From Vitrella brassicaformis CCMP3155 (Eukaryota; Protista; Chromerida), in NCBI GenBank assembly GCA_001179505.1, contig CDMY01000510.1, forward strand, positions 186,001-250,000: a DNA stretch of 64,000 nucleotides, written 5' to 3'. The notes beneath the pieces were generated by a model. It did not search any database. It saw only the letters and a program-made list of their open reading frames with translations, and was not told the origin of the DNA. The stretch's first letter is position 1; each line of letters begins with the position of its first letter. The position numbers and the translations under genes were made by a program. Shown one piece after another: positions 9,977-23,829 of this stretch.

Positions 9977-12900
9977 ATGGCGGACATCGAAGCGGGCAGT
10001 GAGAATGGCCTTGATCACGATGAAGGGCCACCCACGCCCATCATCAATGTGTTCATTCGGGTGCGGCCACCGGCCGACTCGGGACAGCGCGTCCAGGTGA
10101 GTCAGTCAGACACACACTGCCATGGCACACAGAGACAGGCATGGTGCGGCGTCCTTGTTTCTTGCGATGCGCAGGACCTCCTTGCTTTCGGCGAGGAGGA
10201 CGACACCACCCTCATCACCATTCGTGACCCCCACTCCCACGCCACCAACGCACTCCAGGAGTACTCGTACGCGTTCGACCGCGTCTTCCAGCCATCCGTC
10301 ACTCAAGCCGAGATCCAGGAGAACGTCGGCCTGCCCATGCTCGAGCACGTTTTCGATGGTGGGATGGCGTGCATGCTGTCTTACGGACAGACCAACAGTG
10401 GCAAGTCGTACACGGTGTTTGGGGAGATGGGCAAGGATGCGGCGGAGGACGAAAGGGGAGTGGTGCCGCGGGTGGTGGAGGGGGTGTTCGATAGGATCAA
10501 GGGAGAGCACAGCGGGACCAAAGTGGAAGTCACCCTCAGGTAAGTAGTAGTAAAGCATTCCATTCTCGGATATTTGGGTCAGTCTTCTGGTTGGTTGTGT
10601 TGTGTGCAGTATGGTTGAAGTGCACATGGATCAAGTGAGGGATATCTTCGGCGTCCAGTCGTCGCCGGCCACGGCATCCAGGCCCATATCGAGCCTTTCG
10701 TCCAAACCCCCTCAGTCACGGCCGCGGAGCACCACCCCATCCACAATGGCTACAGCACACAGACCAGGCGAGTGGGACAAATGCTTGTTATCTGCGCAAA
10801 AAGAGACACAATTGATGATCTGAATTTCCACCACGCCTTGCAGATTCCCGTCAGACGATCACCACTCCCTCCCGCTCGCCCAACCCTCCGTCCCCTTCCC
10901 CCTCACCAGACGAGGATATCATCCATTCGCGGCCCACCTCAGCGCTCATGACAAGACCCCAGTCAGCCCACCCTCAGAGCCGCACACGGCCGCCATCGGC
11001 CACGAGCGACACGAACACGACTAAGCGGCAGGTGCGGCCGATGAGCGCGACGGCAGCTGGTACTTCCACACGAGTGCCTTCAGGCGGCCGGACCAGGAGT
11101 GTCGTAACGCCGTCTATTGAGCATGGGTCGTCGTCAGAGGGGAGGGGCGACAGGGAGAGGGGGAGAATCTCACGGCAGGACAGTCTGCCGCTGCACGAGA
11201 GAATGGACGGAGAGGTGGGTGACCATCGACGCTTCAGCGTTCCTCTGTCGTGTCTCCCTTACTGAGTACGTGTTCGTGTCTTGTCCCCTCAGGTGTATGT
11301 GAAGGACCTGTCGTCCTTCATCGTGACAAGCGCTCGCGAGGTGGAGACCCTGATCCAGGGGGCATTCCAGACCAGGAGCCAAGCTGCTGGTGCGGGGCTC
11401 GACACAAGCCACACCGTCCTCTTTATCCGAATCACACAGGTATCCATCCACTCACCTACGGCTCAGCAGGAGGCGATCAATCATGTGTGTGCGTGTGTGT
11501 GTGCAGATGGAGGGGTACTACCCTGGTGCATTGCCAGAAGAAGTCGACACCACCACAGGCATGCTGTGTTTCGTCGACCTGGCGGGCTCGGACAGGCCGG
11601 TGCGGACCAACCGCGAGGGCATTCTCATCAAGGAAACGCTGTCCACTCTGGGCAAGGTGCTGTTGTCTATGGGGTCATCCGACACCACCCACCCGCCATA
11701 TCGCGACTCGAAGCTCACGCGTCTGCTGCAGCCGGTGCTGAGCAGAGGGCCCCTGATCTTCCTCGTCATCAACCTGCACCCACACGCAGACAACTTTGAA
11801 GAGTGCAGAAACGCTCTCGCCTTCGCCGACAGGTCCTCTTGTCGCGCCGTCTGACACGCACATGTGTGTCCTCTGTGTGTGTGCAGGTGCCAATCAGCGC
11901 GTCCCTCGCCCACCATCAACGTCATCACAGAGGGCCAGAAGGCCTCTCACGAGCGGCACGTGCAGCGGCTGCTGGCCGAGATACAGGACCTCCAAAAGCA
12001 GCTCAACCAGCAGAAGGAAACCATGCAGGCCTCATACCACAAACAACTCTCGCGTCAACTCACGGCAGAGACGCCGCCACCCACTGCTGCAGCACCAGCA
12101 CCCGAACCGACCAAAGCCAAGAAGGGGCGGTTTGAGGCAAAGTCGTTGACGGAGAGGCCGGAGAAAGACGAGACGGCGGCAGAGAGAGACACAAGGCTGG
12201 AGTGCTATGCGATGCGGCTGGGGCTGGACGAGACCATGAGGGGCGAGAGTGAGGAGTGGAAACGCCGAAAAGAGCAGCTGAAGAGGCAGCTCGAGTTCCT
12301 CGAATCATCACACCCGGTGGAATTTGCTGTCGGTAAGCCAATCAGCCAACGCGAATGCGACCATCCGTTTGAATGCAGTTGCTTGCGGGATGGTGTGTGT
12401 GTTGCTGATATGACAGTGAGGGACATGGCGACGGAGCAGAGACAGGAGGTGTCGGTGGCGCTGCGGCAGGAGCGGGAGAGGGCCAGGGAGGCAGAAGACA
12501 GAAAAGCACAGCTGCTCACCAAACTCGACAAGCTCAGACAAAAGTGGTGCGTGTGCACCATATACACGTCTGCCTGCTATCTGTGATTCGGTCTGTCTGT
12601 CTGTTTGGTGTGAGCAGGTATCAGGAGGAGAAGGTGCTGAATGGCAAACTGCGACACTCGGCAGAGACCATCGCACAGCTGAGACATACACTCACGGACA
12701 ACGGTGAACGAGATTCAATGCACCACACACATACGCACTGTCCGCATGTCTCGGTGCCTCTGCTGCCCGCCCGTCAGATATAAGGCACCAGCAGCAGGTG
12801 GCGAGGGAGAAGCAGCGACAAGAGAAGGACCAGCAGAGCCTTCAAAGACGCGCAACCACTGTGCCAAAGGTGAAATGAACGAACTGAAAAACACCTACTG

Positions 12901-13548
12901 ACTCACTCACATCCACTTGCTTGTCTGTCTCCTCTCAGGCTCAGACAGCGTTGCTGCGGCGCCTCTCGCAATCGCCAGTCCGTGGCCCCGGCAGCCAGCA
13001 CATCACCACCGCCGCCCTCGCTGCACTTGCCAGCCCACAGCCCCCTCTCGCGTGTGATCGCGACGTGGACGAGGCAACAGAGGCTTCGGAGGATGACGGC
13101 AAGGCCGCCACCAGGGCTCTCGCGGACACGTTGGGCAGGCTGCGCAGCGACCATCAGTCGAGGGCGGGTGATGCGGTGAAGCAGCGGGTGAATCGGGCAC
13201 TCTTGAAGAGGAAGAAAGAGGTACGTGTACGCCACAGAGAGAGAGAAAGAGAGAGGCCCACTTTGTGTGGGTGTAAAATGTGTGTCTCAAGGATGAGGCG
13301 TTGAGTGAGAGTCTTGAAAGAACCAAAGGAGAGACGGTGCGGCAGTATCAGTATTGGATGCAGCAAGTGCGCAGCCGTCTCGACGAGTGCCGGTCCCGCT
13401 ACAGCCAGTACCGCCGGCGGTTCCGACGGGCCCGTCTGCAGCTGCACCTCGACCAATCCTACCTCCTGCAGCTGGCAAACGATCTCAACAGAATGGTCTG
13501 TCACCCACTCACACACAGCAGCCGACGAACCGAATACGCAGACACACG

Positions 13549-13583
<35 letters not shown>

Positions 13584-14329
13584 TGCTCTTTCTCTCTCTC
13601 TCTTGTTTGTGCAGGTGAGTGACCTGGAGATGGGGACATGGCCGACGGGCTATTGGTCCAAGATCGCCACACAGGATGCTCACATACTCAACCAATGGGC
13701 CAAGATCCGACTCGCCTTCGACAAGGAGAAGGAGAATGAGCAATATCCCGCTCTCTCGGCGGAGGGCACCCCGCTCACCAAGACTGACCTCCACCCGTTC
13801 GTCGAGCGGTTTCTGGCCACGCAGAAGCGCGTTGATCGGTACATCGCGCGTGTGCAGCGGGAGAGCGAGGGAGACACGACAAAGGGTGCCGACAGGGGGA
13901 GGAGGCTCGAGAGGACTGCGAGTGTGCCGGCATTCTGTGAAGACAGCAATGATGCGGCGGACCTCAGGTGACACATGGCTTATGTCTCCATCATTGCCCA
14001 TCCGTGTGCACTTTCGTCTGTATGTGTGCAGAGAGATGTTGACTTCTCTTCGCGAGCACTACATGGCCACCACTGCCCTGCCGCCCCAAACAACAGGCGC
14101 CTTTGCCCCCGAGCAGCTCAGTCGGCTGATCAACCACAGGACGGTGTCGACCATCTGCGCCTTGGAGGAGCAGCTGGAGCACTACAGGCGCATGCACGAG
14201 CACCAGAGGCGGCAGACGCAGAACCTGCGGGTGGCCTTCGACTCGTGCCAGAGGGTACTTGGGAGATCCACGCAGCAGCAGCAGCAGCAGCAGCTGCAGC
14301 AGCAGAGGACACAGAGGTCACTGGCGTAA
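9977..14329 (+). CDS. Kinesin-like protein (N-terminal motor domain, coiled-coil stalk, poly-Q tail)
   Basis: INVFIRVRP, YAFDRVF, P-loop YGQTNSGKSYT, VYVKDLS, FVDLAGSD and HPPYRDSKLTRLLQPVL, followed by coiled-coil exons. TAA at 14329. Confidence 0.92.
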
Positions 14330-14813
14330 AGAATAGTGGTCTGTTGATAGGCGTCCGTGTGTGTGTCCATGAATGTACAACAGAAAGAAGAAAAGCCCAT
14401 AGCTAATGCGTGTCTGCCTCTGCGTGTCTCTTTCTTCCCAAGTCACAGAAAAGTAGTTGTACAAATGGTTTACGACTCTGTGCTCCCTCCCGCGTCTGTG
14501 TGTGGCCTCTCTGTCCATCTGTGTTGTGAGTGTCCCAAGAAATGGACGGACAGTTTTCTTTTCTTTTCCGCCTGTATTCCTCTGTCTGACTGCCTTGTAG
14601 CAAGCAACACTGACAGTGTTCCATGGCTGCTTCGACAAAAGGTACCGATGTTGACCAGCATGCAGCCCCCATGCAGCCCCCCGTCTGCATTGTCCCGACT
14701 TTATCGAAACACATGAAGGGCTTCGAGTGATGCAACTTCAAGATTCCCATTCCCCGTCCCTCGAGGCGAGTCCCAACACCCCGACGCAGGAGGGCTTCTA
14801 GGAGGGCTTTCAT

Positions 14814-17800
14814 ATGGGTGCAGTCGATACCGCCTTCCGTCTTACCAACGTGCGCTCTGATTTGGTCCTCGCCGTCAAGAAAGGTGGAGGTGAATTGGTT
14901 CTGGACGAACGAGAGACCCGCCCGAACGAGTACGAGGACCCTGACCCTTCACAGCTCTGGCTGCAGAAGAAAGATGAGTGCCCTGTCGGCGCTTTCCGTA
15001 TCGTGCCGAAATCCTATCCCCATCTCGTGCTCAGAGTTCGTTCTGAGCACGGCCAACACAAACTCGTCCTTGCCCAGCCGACAAGTGGCCAGTCGGCCAC
15101 GCACGAGCAGTGGATGGCGCGAAATCCCGCCGAGGTGCAACAGGCAGCCCCTTTCGATGTCCGCGACGCGTTTGGGGTCCCCTGCTGCTGCCAGCCATCG
15201 ACAGAGACGGGTGGCAACACGGAGGTGGACGTGTCGAAGAGCAAGCGGCGCAGCAGCGAGGTGGACGACCCAGTGAATCTGTCCTGTGTTGGGCTGCCCA
15301 CCCTTGTGATAGCTGTGGTGGCGACTGACGACGGACAAAACATCGAGATGGTGAAAGCGAGAAAAAGTGGGCGGCAGGAGGCTCTGTGGCAAAGCAGCCG
15401 GCCAATCGTCCTTCAGGGTAAGCTTCCATCTTACCCCTTCAGAGGTGACGGTTGCCATTTGTTTGTTTTTTTCTTCCTGATTTGTTTCCAGAGGTGAGCG
15501 GTGAGCTATTCTGGGGTTGTACGTGAACCGTTGCCTTGTCGGTCGGCCCGTTCGTATCTTGCATTCAGCTCAGCGTCTTCGAGGCGAGCTCTCAGGGCAA
15601 CGTGGCATCTCTGCAGCGCATCGTCAGAAAGAGGGGTGCCAAGTGCCTGCAGGAGGCTGATCAGGTCACAAACACGGGCGGTAAGCACATTCCTCTTGCG
15701 TTCCTTCGTTTGTCGGCCATGCAGGAAGGAGTCACACCGCTTCGATACGCGGTAGAAGGAGGGCATGTGGAAGCAGTCGAGCAGATTGTGGCTCACGGAG
15801 GCGCAGACTTGATCAAAGAGAGCGCTGCGGTAAGAGACGAGCAGTTCTGCGGTAAGATGTGATTCTGCACTTCTTTGCAGAATCACCCTTCGTTGCTGCA
15901 CCTGGCAGCGGCCATGGGCATGGAGCCCGTTGTGACGACGCTCGCCAAGGCCGCAGGGCCGGAGCTGCTCAACGTGGCAGGGGCGGGTGGGATGCCTCTG
16001 TTCCTTCTCGCCTCTTCCAAGGGCTGGACAGAGGCGATGAAGGCAATGTATGCGAGGAACAAGGGCGTGATCGAGCAGAAATTTGGAACGGTAAGCGTCG
16101 AGTAAAACAAGTATGCGCCAATCAGTGTCCCCTTCTTCGTGATGGGGTGAAGGACGAGTTCTTTGCCATTCACTGGGCTGCCGAGAAAGGGCAAGCCGGT
16201 GCCGTCAACGTACTAATTGACTTGGCCGGGCCGCAACAACTCGACAAACGCGACAAAGTACGACAATGAAGCCATAGTGAGACAACAGCCCTCAACATCA
16301 ACAAGGGCGAGACATAGGGTTGTGTTCCGCCCTTTCCTTGTTTTGCTGTCCACCTGCGCAGGACAACACTGGCCCCTTCCTTGTTGCTGCCTTCACTGGC
16401 CAGCTGGAGGTGATGCAGGCCATGTATGCGAGACAGGGGTACCTAAATCTGTTGGGGCAACAAGGACAGGTGAGACACGTGCAATCACACTCCTTCTTAG
16501 GTCGTTCTCTCTGCTTTGCTTTTTGTTCACATCCAAAGGATGGCTACTATGGTATAGGTCCCACATGAGAAAGATGAGCCGCATTCGATTGTTGATCACC
16601 CTTTTGGTCTTTCTGCAGCCATCCATTGCGCTGCAGAAAAGGGTCACGTGAAGGTAGTCGATCAGCTGATGCAGTGGGACACTAGTGTATTGGACAAGCG
16701 CACAACCGTAAGCAGTATCCTGACATACCAACATGGCGAGTGTGCGGCCGCTCTTGCCTTTGCATGTTACAGAAAGGGAGCACGCCAATGTTCTTTGCAG
16801 CTGCTGCAGGCCACTTGGGCGTCCTTCAAGCCATGTTCTCGAAGAAAGGGAAGACACTCCTGGAGCAAGAGACCCCTGTGAGCACATTCAGACTATGAAG
16901 AGGCTTCATTTCGGATGGCGATGTATGCGAGCAGTTTGGCAGTGTGCCGCTACATGGGGCCGCTGCTAACGGGCGTTGTACCGTCATCAGCCAGCTGCTG
17001 GACTGGGATGTGGACTTGCAGCTTAGTAAACGTCGAAAGGTGAGTGAGATGAGGTGGGGTGCAGAGGTCGGTCCGTGTGCGTTTCCCCGGCTCTTGACAG
17101 GACAACGGTGCCACGCCATTCGTGTATGCCGCCCAGGCACAGCAGGTCGATGCGCTCAAGACGGTGTACGACAAGGCGGGGCCGCGGTCGCAGAAGGCTC
17201 TGCTGGACCAACAAGACAGCGTAAGTCGTTCATGTGTTTATGTACTGGCACAACTATTGCACTCCAACGCCATGCTGTACTCGGTTCAGCATGGGTGGAC
17301 TGCATTGCATCATGCTGCTGACCAGAACAACGTTCGTATGGCTAGTCTGCTGCTCCAGTGGGGCGGTGTGTCCCTGCTGAACAAACGGGCAAAGGTGCGT
17401 TGAATCGAAACACAGACTGACGACAGACTTCGATTTCTTCAGAATGGAGACAGCCCGTTCCATTTCGCATGCAATGCTGGTCATCTGGACGTACTACGAG
17501 TGATGTATAGCCACGACCCAAACAGTGGAGCGGCTCTGCTGAAGCAGCAGGATTCTGTAGGCAAATTTGCCGATGAGTCCTCGATGTCTCCTTCACTTCA
17601 ATTGGTGTCTCTCTGCGCAGAAGGGGAAGGTTCCGCTAGACAAGGCCTCGGCTGCTGGGCACACCAATGTAGCGAGGCAGCTGCTGGAGTGGGGAGGCGT
17701 CAACGAGGTCGACAGTGTAAGTCGATCGGACCATCCTAGTCAGACAAATCCCTTTGTCTCTCTTCTTGGTCAACCGCAGCAAGGTCTCACTATGTTTCTC

Positions 17801-18927
17801 CGCGCTGCCCGGGACAATGACCTTGGGATGCTCAGGACGATCTATGATGCCGCCGGAATCAAGAAACAGCTCTTAAACCAGCAAGATACGGTATGCATCC
17901 AGCAACAATCCATCCAGCAGCAATACACGGGCGTTTTCTCTATGTGCTGTCAGAACGGGAATTTTGCAATCCATTTGGCGACTTTGCCGGGCCATACGTC
18001 TGTCGTCAATCAGCTGCTAGCGTGGGAAGGCCGCGAGGCACTTGAAAGACGTAACAAGGTCAGGAATTTAGTGACCGGCATATCATCTCGCGCTGTCAGT
18101 CAAACACCTGATGGCCTCTGTGTCAGAGCAAAACCACCGCGTTCATGCTTGCGGCAAAGAAATATGATGGCAGCCTGATGCGGGCGATGTATGCTAAGGG
18201 AGGCAACGATCCGCTCTATCACAAAGACCAGGTGAGAGGAACCGAGTCGCACGATATACCTGCCAATTTGCATGCGTCTCAGAATTGCATGATGGCGGTT
18301 CACTATGCCATCGAAGCGGCTAGCCCGCTCGGCTCCGACTGTCCGAATGTCAATCTTCTTCTGCAGTGGGGCGGAAGGGGCATGGTTGACGTGCGCGTTG
18401 GAGAAGGCGGCAATACAGTGTTCATTGTGGCCGCCCTCATGGGGCGGAAGGCCATTATGGAAGCAATAAGAGACTATGTCAACAACGATGCACACCTGCT
18501 GTTTCAACACAACCATGTACAGTACAGTCACTTGTGCCGACTGTCTTGCATCATGCAGCAAGTTGTTTCTTCTGTGTGTGTGTTTGTGTGCCTGGTGGCA
18601 ATATGAACAGTACGGCAACACTGCGCTTCACATGGCCACCATGAGAGGCGAAGGTCACATCGTGGCACAGCTCATGATTTGGGGCGGTCCGTATATCAAC
18701 AATGTGCGAAACATGGAGGTACGTGATCGATGGAACGCTCTCTGACTGAACTACGTCATGTGTCTCAGGGCAAGACGCCGGTGGACCTCGCGCCAACTGC
18801 AGATATTCGCAAGACCTTGACTCTACCGAGGTTTGAGAAATACGATGCTCAAGGAAGAAAGGAGTGGCTACCGGCCGTGGGCGGCGTAAGTTGGCACATG
18901 GGCGGCGATTCAAGTTGGCTGTACTAA
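14814..18927 (+). CDS. Ricin-B (beta-trefoil)-like domain plus ankyrin repeat protein, multi-exon
   Basis: Exon 1 has three sub-repeats ending SQLW / HEQW / QEALW. Many short exons follow with ankyrin motifs (TPLRYAVEGGH, PLHGAAANGR, TALHHAADQN, NTALHMATMRG). The last exon is uncertain. Confidence 0.85.
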
Positions 18928-19126
18928 GGATATATGTTGACCAGGCAGTTCACTTGTGTCTTGCTTAATTGCCTGTGGACAGCGCAAGGGGCTAAGGCAT
19001 GACCTAGCGGCATGGGGTCTGCGACTGCTGTCTGTGTGTGATTTGTTGCATGTCGGACCGGGAAAGTCGTGTGTTGATGTCATGCGATGGTCCATCCATC
19101 AGTCTTGTAGCAACCGTTATGGACCT

Positions 19127-22100
19127 TCACGTCCGCTCTGGCGTGAGCCCCTCTGCAGGCGCCAATCCATAGCGATTCTTCTTGGTCTCATCGGCACCCT
19201 GCACACACACGCAGCACACACATGCAACAAAACGCCCATTGAGGGCTGGCCACCCGCTGATCGACCTGTGAGATGAGGAACTCGGCCAGCTGGTGAAATC
19301 CGAATGCGTAGCAATAGTGCAGTGGGGTGTTGCCGCCCTTATTCTTGGCATTCACGTCCACTTTGAACTTGCACAGCAGCCGGGCCAACCGACGGTGGTT
19401 GTTCTGACACGCTATGTGCAGGAACGTGTTGCCGTGCTCGTCAGCCAGCTGCGCCAGATCGGGGCGGCGCTCAAGCAGAGACTCGATGGCCTGTGCGCGA
19501 AGGCCCACATAGGGAGACATGTGTGTGTTGGATTAGGTGCAATGTGGTGTGCTGATGTGCTTACCTCATATCGGTTGTGTCTGACGTATGAGAACATCTG
19601 TCTCTCCTCTTCCTCCCTGGCATCCTCTTCCATGTCAGCCTCACCGTCCCTCAGACCGCCCAGTGCCCCCGCTGTCGCTGATGCCTCGGTGTGTCTGAGC
19701 ACCTCCTTGGGCTTGTCCGACGGCAGGTAGAAGACCATCAGCCGGGAGTCCGGCTGCTTGGTCTTGGCCTGAAAGCCTGTTTTTGACACCTGTTTCATCC
19801 CTTACTTAGTCAATTTAAATGAATGGCTGTACCTGTAGAGAGCATTGTGTGGCGGCCTCTCGCTCGGTCCCGCATAGGCAGGTTAAGCAGCCGGACATAC
19901 GCCTCGCCCCGTGACTTTTCGATGGAGATGGAATCCACCGACAGGGGATACGCCTCGGTGGGTGCCGCAGGGCCAGGGGACTGAGCTGCGACTGGGGCCA
20001 GAACCTGACACGATATCATACCAGAGACAGAGAGACACGGATCATGCATTTGTGCGCTGGGATGTGTGTGTGTGTGTGTGTGTGTGTCTGACCCCCTCGA
20101 TCCTGGGTCCTCCTGCGTCCTTTGCCGCCTCAGCCATGGGTGGGGGCTGTGTGGGCCGCTTGATCTTGGGCCGCTGACGGGGAATCCCATACATCGCACC
20201 TGACGACCTGACAAACGAAACGAGTCCAGTGAAAGTGCTGTCGGCGGGCAGATCTCGGTGTCCCGCTCTTGTCTTCTCACTCACGCAAAGGGAGCGAATG
20301 CTGATGTGGCCATGGAAAGGTCGTGGGGTGCGGCAGATAGCGGCAAGGGGGCGGCTGCAGGCCCCATCTTGGCACTCAGCTTGTCGGCCAGACGGTCCAG
20401 AAACTCATCCTACGCATCCATCGCAGCACCCACAATCACATTGACAGACACACACACACACATAAATGACAAGACACGTGCCTGCCTGTCTCTCTCTCTT
20501 CGCTGCCCCTGCATCCGGCACACCTTAGTGAGCAGGTTTTCAATGGATCTCTGCCTCTCAATCGCTTTCGTCCGCTCATCCACGAGGGCCTGCAGCTCGC
20601 GCATAAACGACTCGTCGACCGGCGAACCGGAGACCTGTGCTGCAGCAGCAGCAGCAGCAGCAGCAGGTGGCGGGAGAGGTGGTGACGAAGACGGCTTTTC
20701 CTCGGCGGCTGGCGAGCGATCTGGGCGTGAGAGGGCGGTGAATGTTGGGGCCCTTTCTGTCTCGCTGGACGTGTAGCCAGACGGGGTCTGTGAGGGACAA
20801 CAAGGAGACACGGATGTGTTCCTCTGTTTTTTGCGTCTCTCTGAGCGGACCTCTTTCATCGGAGGGCTCAGGCCTGCACCAGCTGCCGGCGGGCTCATGG
20901 AAGCAGCCGCTGCTGCGGCTGCTGTCTGCTTCTCCTCTGCCCCCTCCCCCTCTCCCTCTCCCTCCCGGCCCTCCTCAGGCCCACCGTTGCCTCCCTCACC
21001 CTCAGCCACAGTGGTCAGCGCACCCCGTCCCCTCCCAGCCTCCCTCCCCTCGCGAAACGACACCCGAGAGCTCGTGGACTTCCGCTGGCTCTCCTGCGAT
21101 GATGGGTCCGAGGGGGATTTGTGCGTCTGCGTGGTCCTTGCTGGCGGCGAGAGCTGTTGGTCGGGCGGTCTGGTTGCTGTGTCTTGTGTGGTGGTGTCTT
21201 TCATGGCTTTGAGTTCGCGGATGGCGGTGACGCGTTGGTCAAAGACGGACTGAATGGATGTGAGCCGGAAGGCGTTTTTGATGACGTCCACGAGGAAGGA
21301 GGGGAAGGGGAGCGTCATAGGCGGAGAGGGGAAGCGGACGATGCTGCAGATGGGGTAGATCGGAAGCAGCTCTGATATCTGGTAGTCGATCTTGCCGAGA
21401 TCCACACCTGCAGGGAGGGAAGACAGCATCCGAGAGACAGACACCCACATGCAGAGAGAGAGAGAATACGGTCAGCGTCGGTGTGTCTGTGTGTCTCTGC
21501 CTCACCCAACTCAGCTGCCGGCGACTTGATGATAGCATCCTTCTGATCTTCCTTCTCATCTTCCTTCCATTCCTTCCACTCAGCAAAGTCAGGGATTGGC
21601 CGATCATGCTCATCGTACAGCACAGGTCCCCACAGCCCCGTCTCAAGCAGCTTCCTCCCCTTCCCAGGCCCCGCCTCACGCGCTATCTTCTCACACAGCC
21701 ATCGGTCGTCAATCTCTGGCGAAGGGATGTACCCCTTCAGCATTTTCTGGCTCGCTGCCACCACAGCATTGAGCAGCTCGTGGCCTGGGGGAAGGCTCGG
21801 CACAATGTCGATGTATCCCCCGCCCGCCCCCTTATTCGGCAGGTCGTATCTCGGCAACACGCTCTCATGGAAGTCAATGACTAGTGGCTCTGGATCGGGG
21901 AAGGGCTGCCAATCGGCCGGTGGAGGGGCCATGACAGTGAAGGTGTGTGTGTCCGCGTCTCCTCCCTCTTCATTGGGGTCCCTCAGCGGCGCTTCCGCCA
22001 CATGCATCTCCATTCTCGGCAGATACTTGGCATCGAGCGGCAGAATGACAGGCAATTTCGGCGGGGGCAGCACGGGTGCGATATTCAGCACGTCGGGCGG

Positions 22101-23700
22101 CGATCTTCCCGAGCCGTGTGGCGGCATGAGCTCGTCAAGGGGTTCCCTTCTCTCCATGCCCGGCAGCTCCACCACCGGCTGAAAGGCCAGCCGCCTGCGA
22201 TCCTCGTCTGTGAGCGAGGCCGTGAGCTGCTCGAAGGCCTCCGATTCTTCCGTCTTGCCTCCCTTGATGTAGAGGCGCGTGTGGGGGGGCGGAGGGGGGT
22301 ATGGGATGGCACGTACGTGGTTGTCGACTGCTTCGATGTACTTGTGGAGGGTGTCTGTTTCGTCGGGGGTGAGCTCGAGGTCCCGCAGGAACTCATCCCA
22401 GTCCTTTTGCTCAGTGGCCTTGTCAATGAGCCACCCAGATTCGCCCCTGCGTTGACAAGGCCACAGAGAGAGCAAAAACACAGATAAATGTTGAAGTGAG
22501 TGTGTGTGTGTGTCTCTTTGCCTGCCATTCCTTCCCTCATAAAGACAACTAACCGATCCAGCTTGGCGTTGAGCTGCCACAGCAGCTTTTGGTGTTCCTT
22601 TGCGCCCTCCTCGATCATGCCATCCAAGTAGACACCCATCAGGTTGGCACTGCTGCGATAAGACCGCTCCATCAGTGTCTCCTCTCCTCCATCTCCCTCT
22701 GCATCCCTCCTCTCTGCAGGGCTCTGGGCAGCAGTCGGGTCGCCGAAGTCTGCAGGCTGCCGGAGACCGAGGCCCTCCGTCTCCTCCTCTGGCTTGAAAT
22801 ACGCCAGTCGACGCAGCTTGGCTGTCGTAATCGACACTTTTGACGCGGACCTCTCCATCGACTCACCTTCTGCCTCTTTCTCTTGCACCTCCGGCTGCAT
22901 CTTGGCCGCCAGGCATTTCCAGCAGAACTTCGCGTGGAGGGGGTTCGCATGCTCGTGCCTGTCCTCTGCTGCTGTCGCCGGTGATGGTGATGCCGTGGCC
23001 GCATCCCTCCCCCTCTCGGGTGCTGCCTCTCCCTCGTGTGTGTCGGGCAGCGATCGAATGGGCTCTGGGAATTGGAGGGTCTTGGCTGCACTGAGGAAGG
23101 GGCGGCCGAGGGTGAGGGAGGTGGGGGGGAGAAGCGATGACGTGCTCTTGCTCGGGGCCATCGTTTTTCTTCTAGTGTGTTGTGGGGGCGGCGCACCAAG
23201 GGCAGGCAGGAGGGCTCTCCACCTAGCGGGCGGTGCGAGGCTGTACTGACAAAGGGGCGTGAGATACAGACACAGAGAGAAAGAGAGAGACAGTCAGACA
23301 CAATCAGCCGATTATCCCGGAGCACTCACTCTGTAGCGGCACTGTCCTTCAGCAGTGGCATCAGCTTGGCCTGTGACGCCTTGAGCGCGTCGCTTGGGGG
23401 CAATGCGGGAGCCGCCTTCGAGACACGCCCTTTGGCTGGCAGCGAAGGTGGGCCCACGCCTGTCATGAATTCGAATGAGACAGGGGCAGACAAATGGCGT
23501 GTCGAGAAGCTGGCGGCTGCATGTGGTGTGCCCTCTTGTGTGTCTTGGTGCGCACCGTATTTGAGCATTGTTTGCCTCTGCTTCTGCCTCCACTCATCCC
23601 ACTGGTGAAGGCGGTCCACGTGTGACTGTCCCTTTCTCTCGCCTGATTTGATGTCGCCGTCGCGAGCACGGGGTCTGTCCTCGCCCGTCGGAACCGACAT
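19127..23700 (-). CDS. Large low-complexity protein with C-terminal ankyrin repeats, multi-exon
   Basis: In-frame exon chain runs from MSVPTGEDR (23700) through 23245-22553, 22460-21510, 21408-20530 and smaller exons to GNTFLHIACQNNH...GGNTPLHYCYAFGF-GADETKKNRYG*. Some joins are tentative. Confidence 0.7.
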
Positions 23701-23829
23701 CGGAGCAGCAGGTTGACTGCGAGCTTAAAGCGTGTCCTGCCGTTGTAGCTCGCATCTGGTGAACAGTGTGCAGAAATTGGTCTGTTCGCGAGGAGGTTGT
23801 GACGTCATCTCGAGTGTGATTCGACAGAT

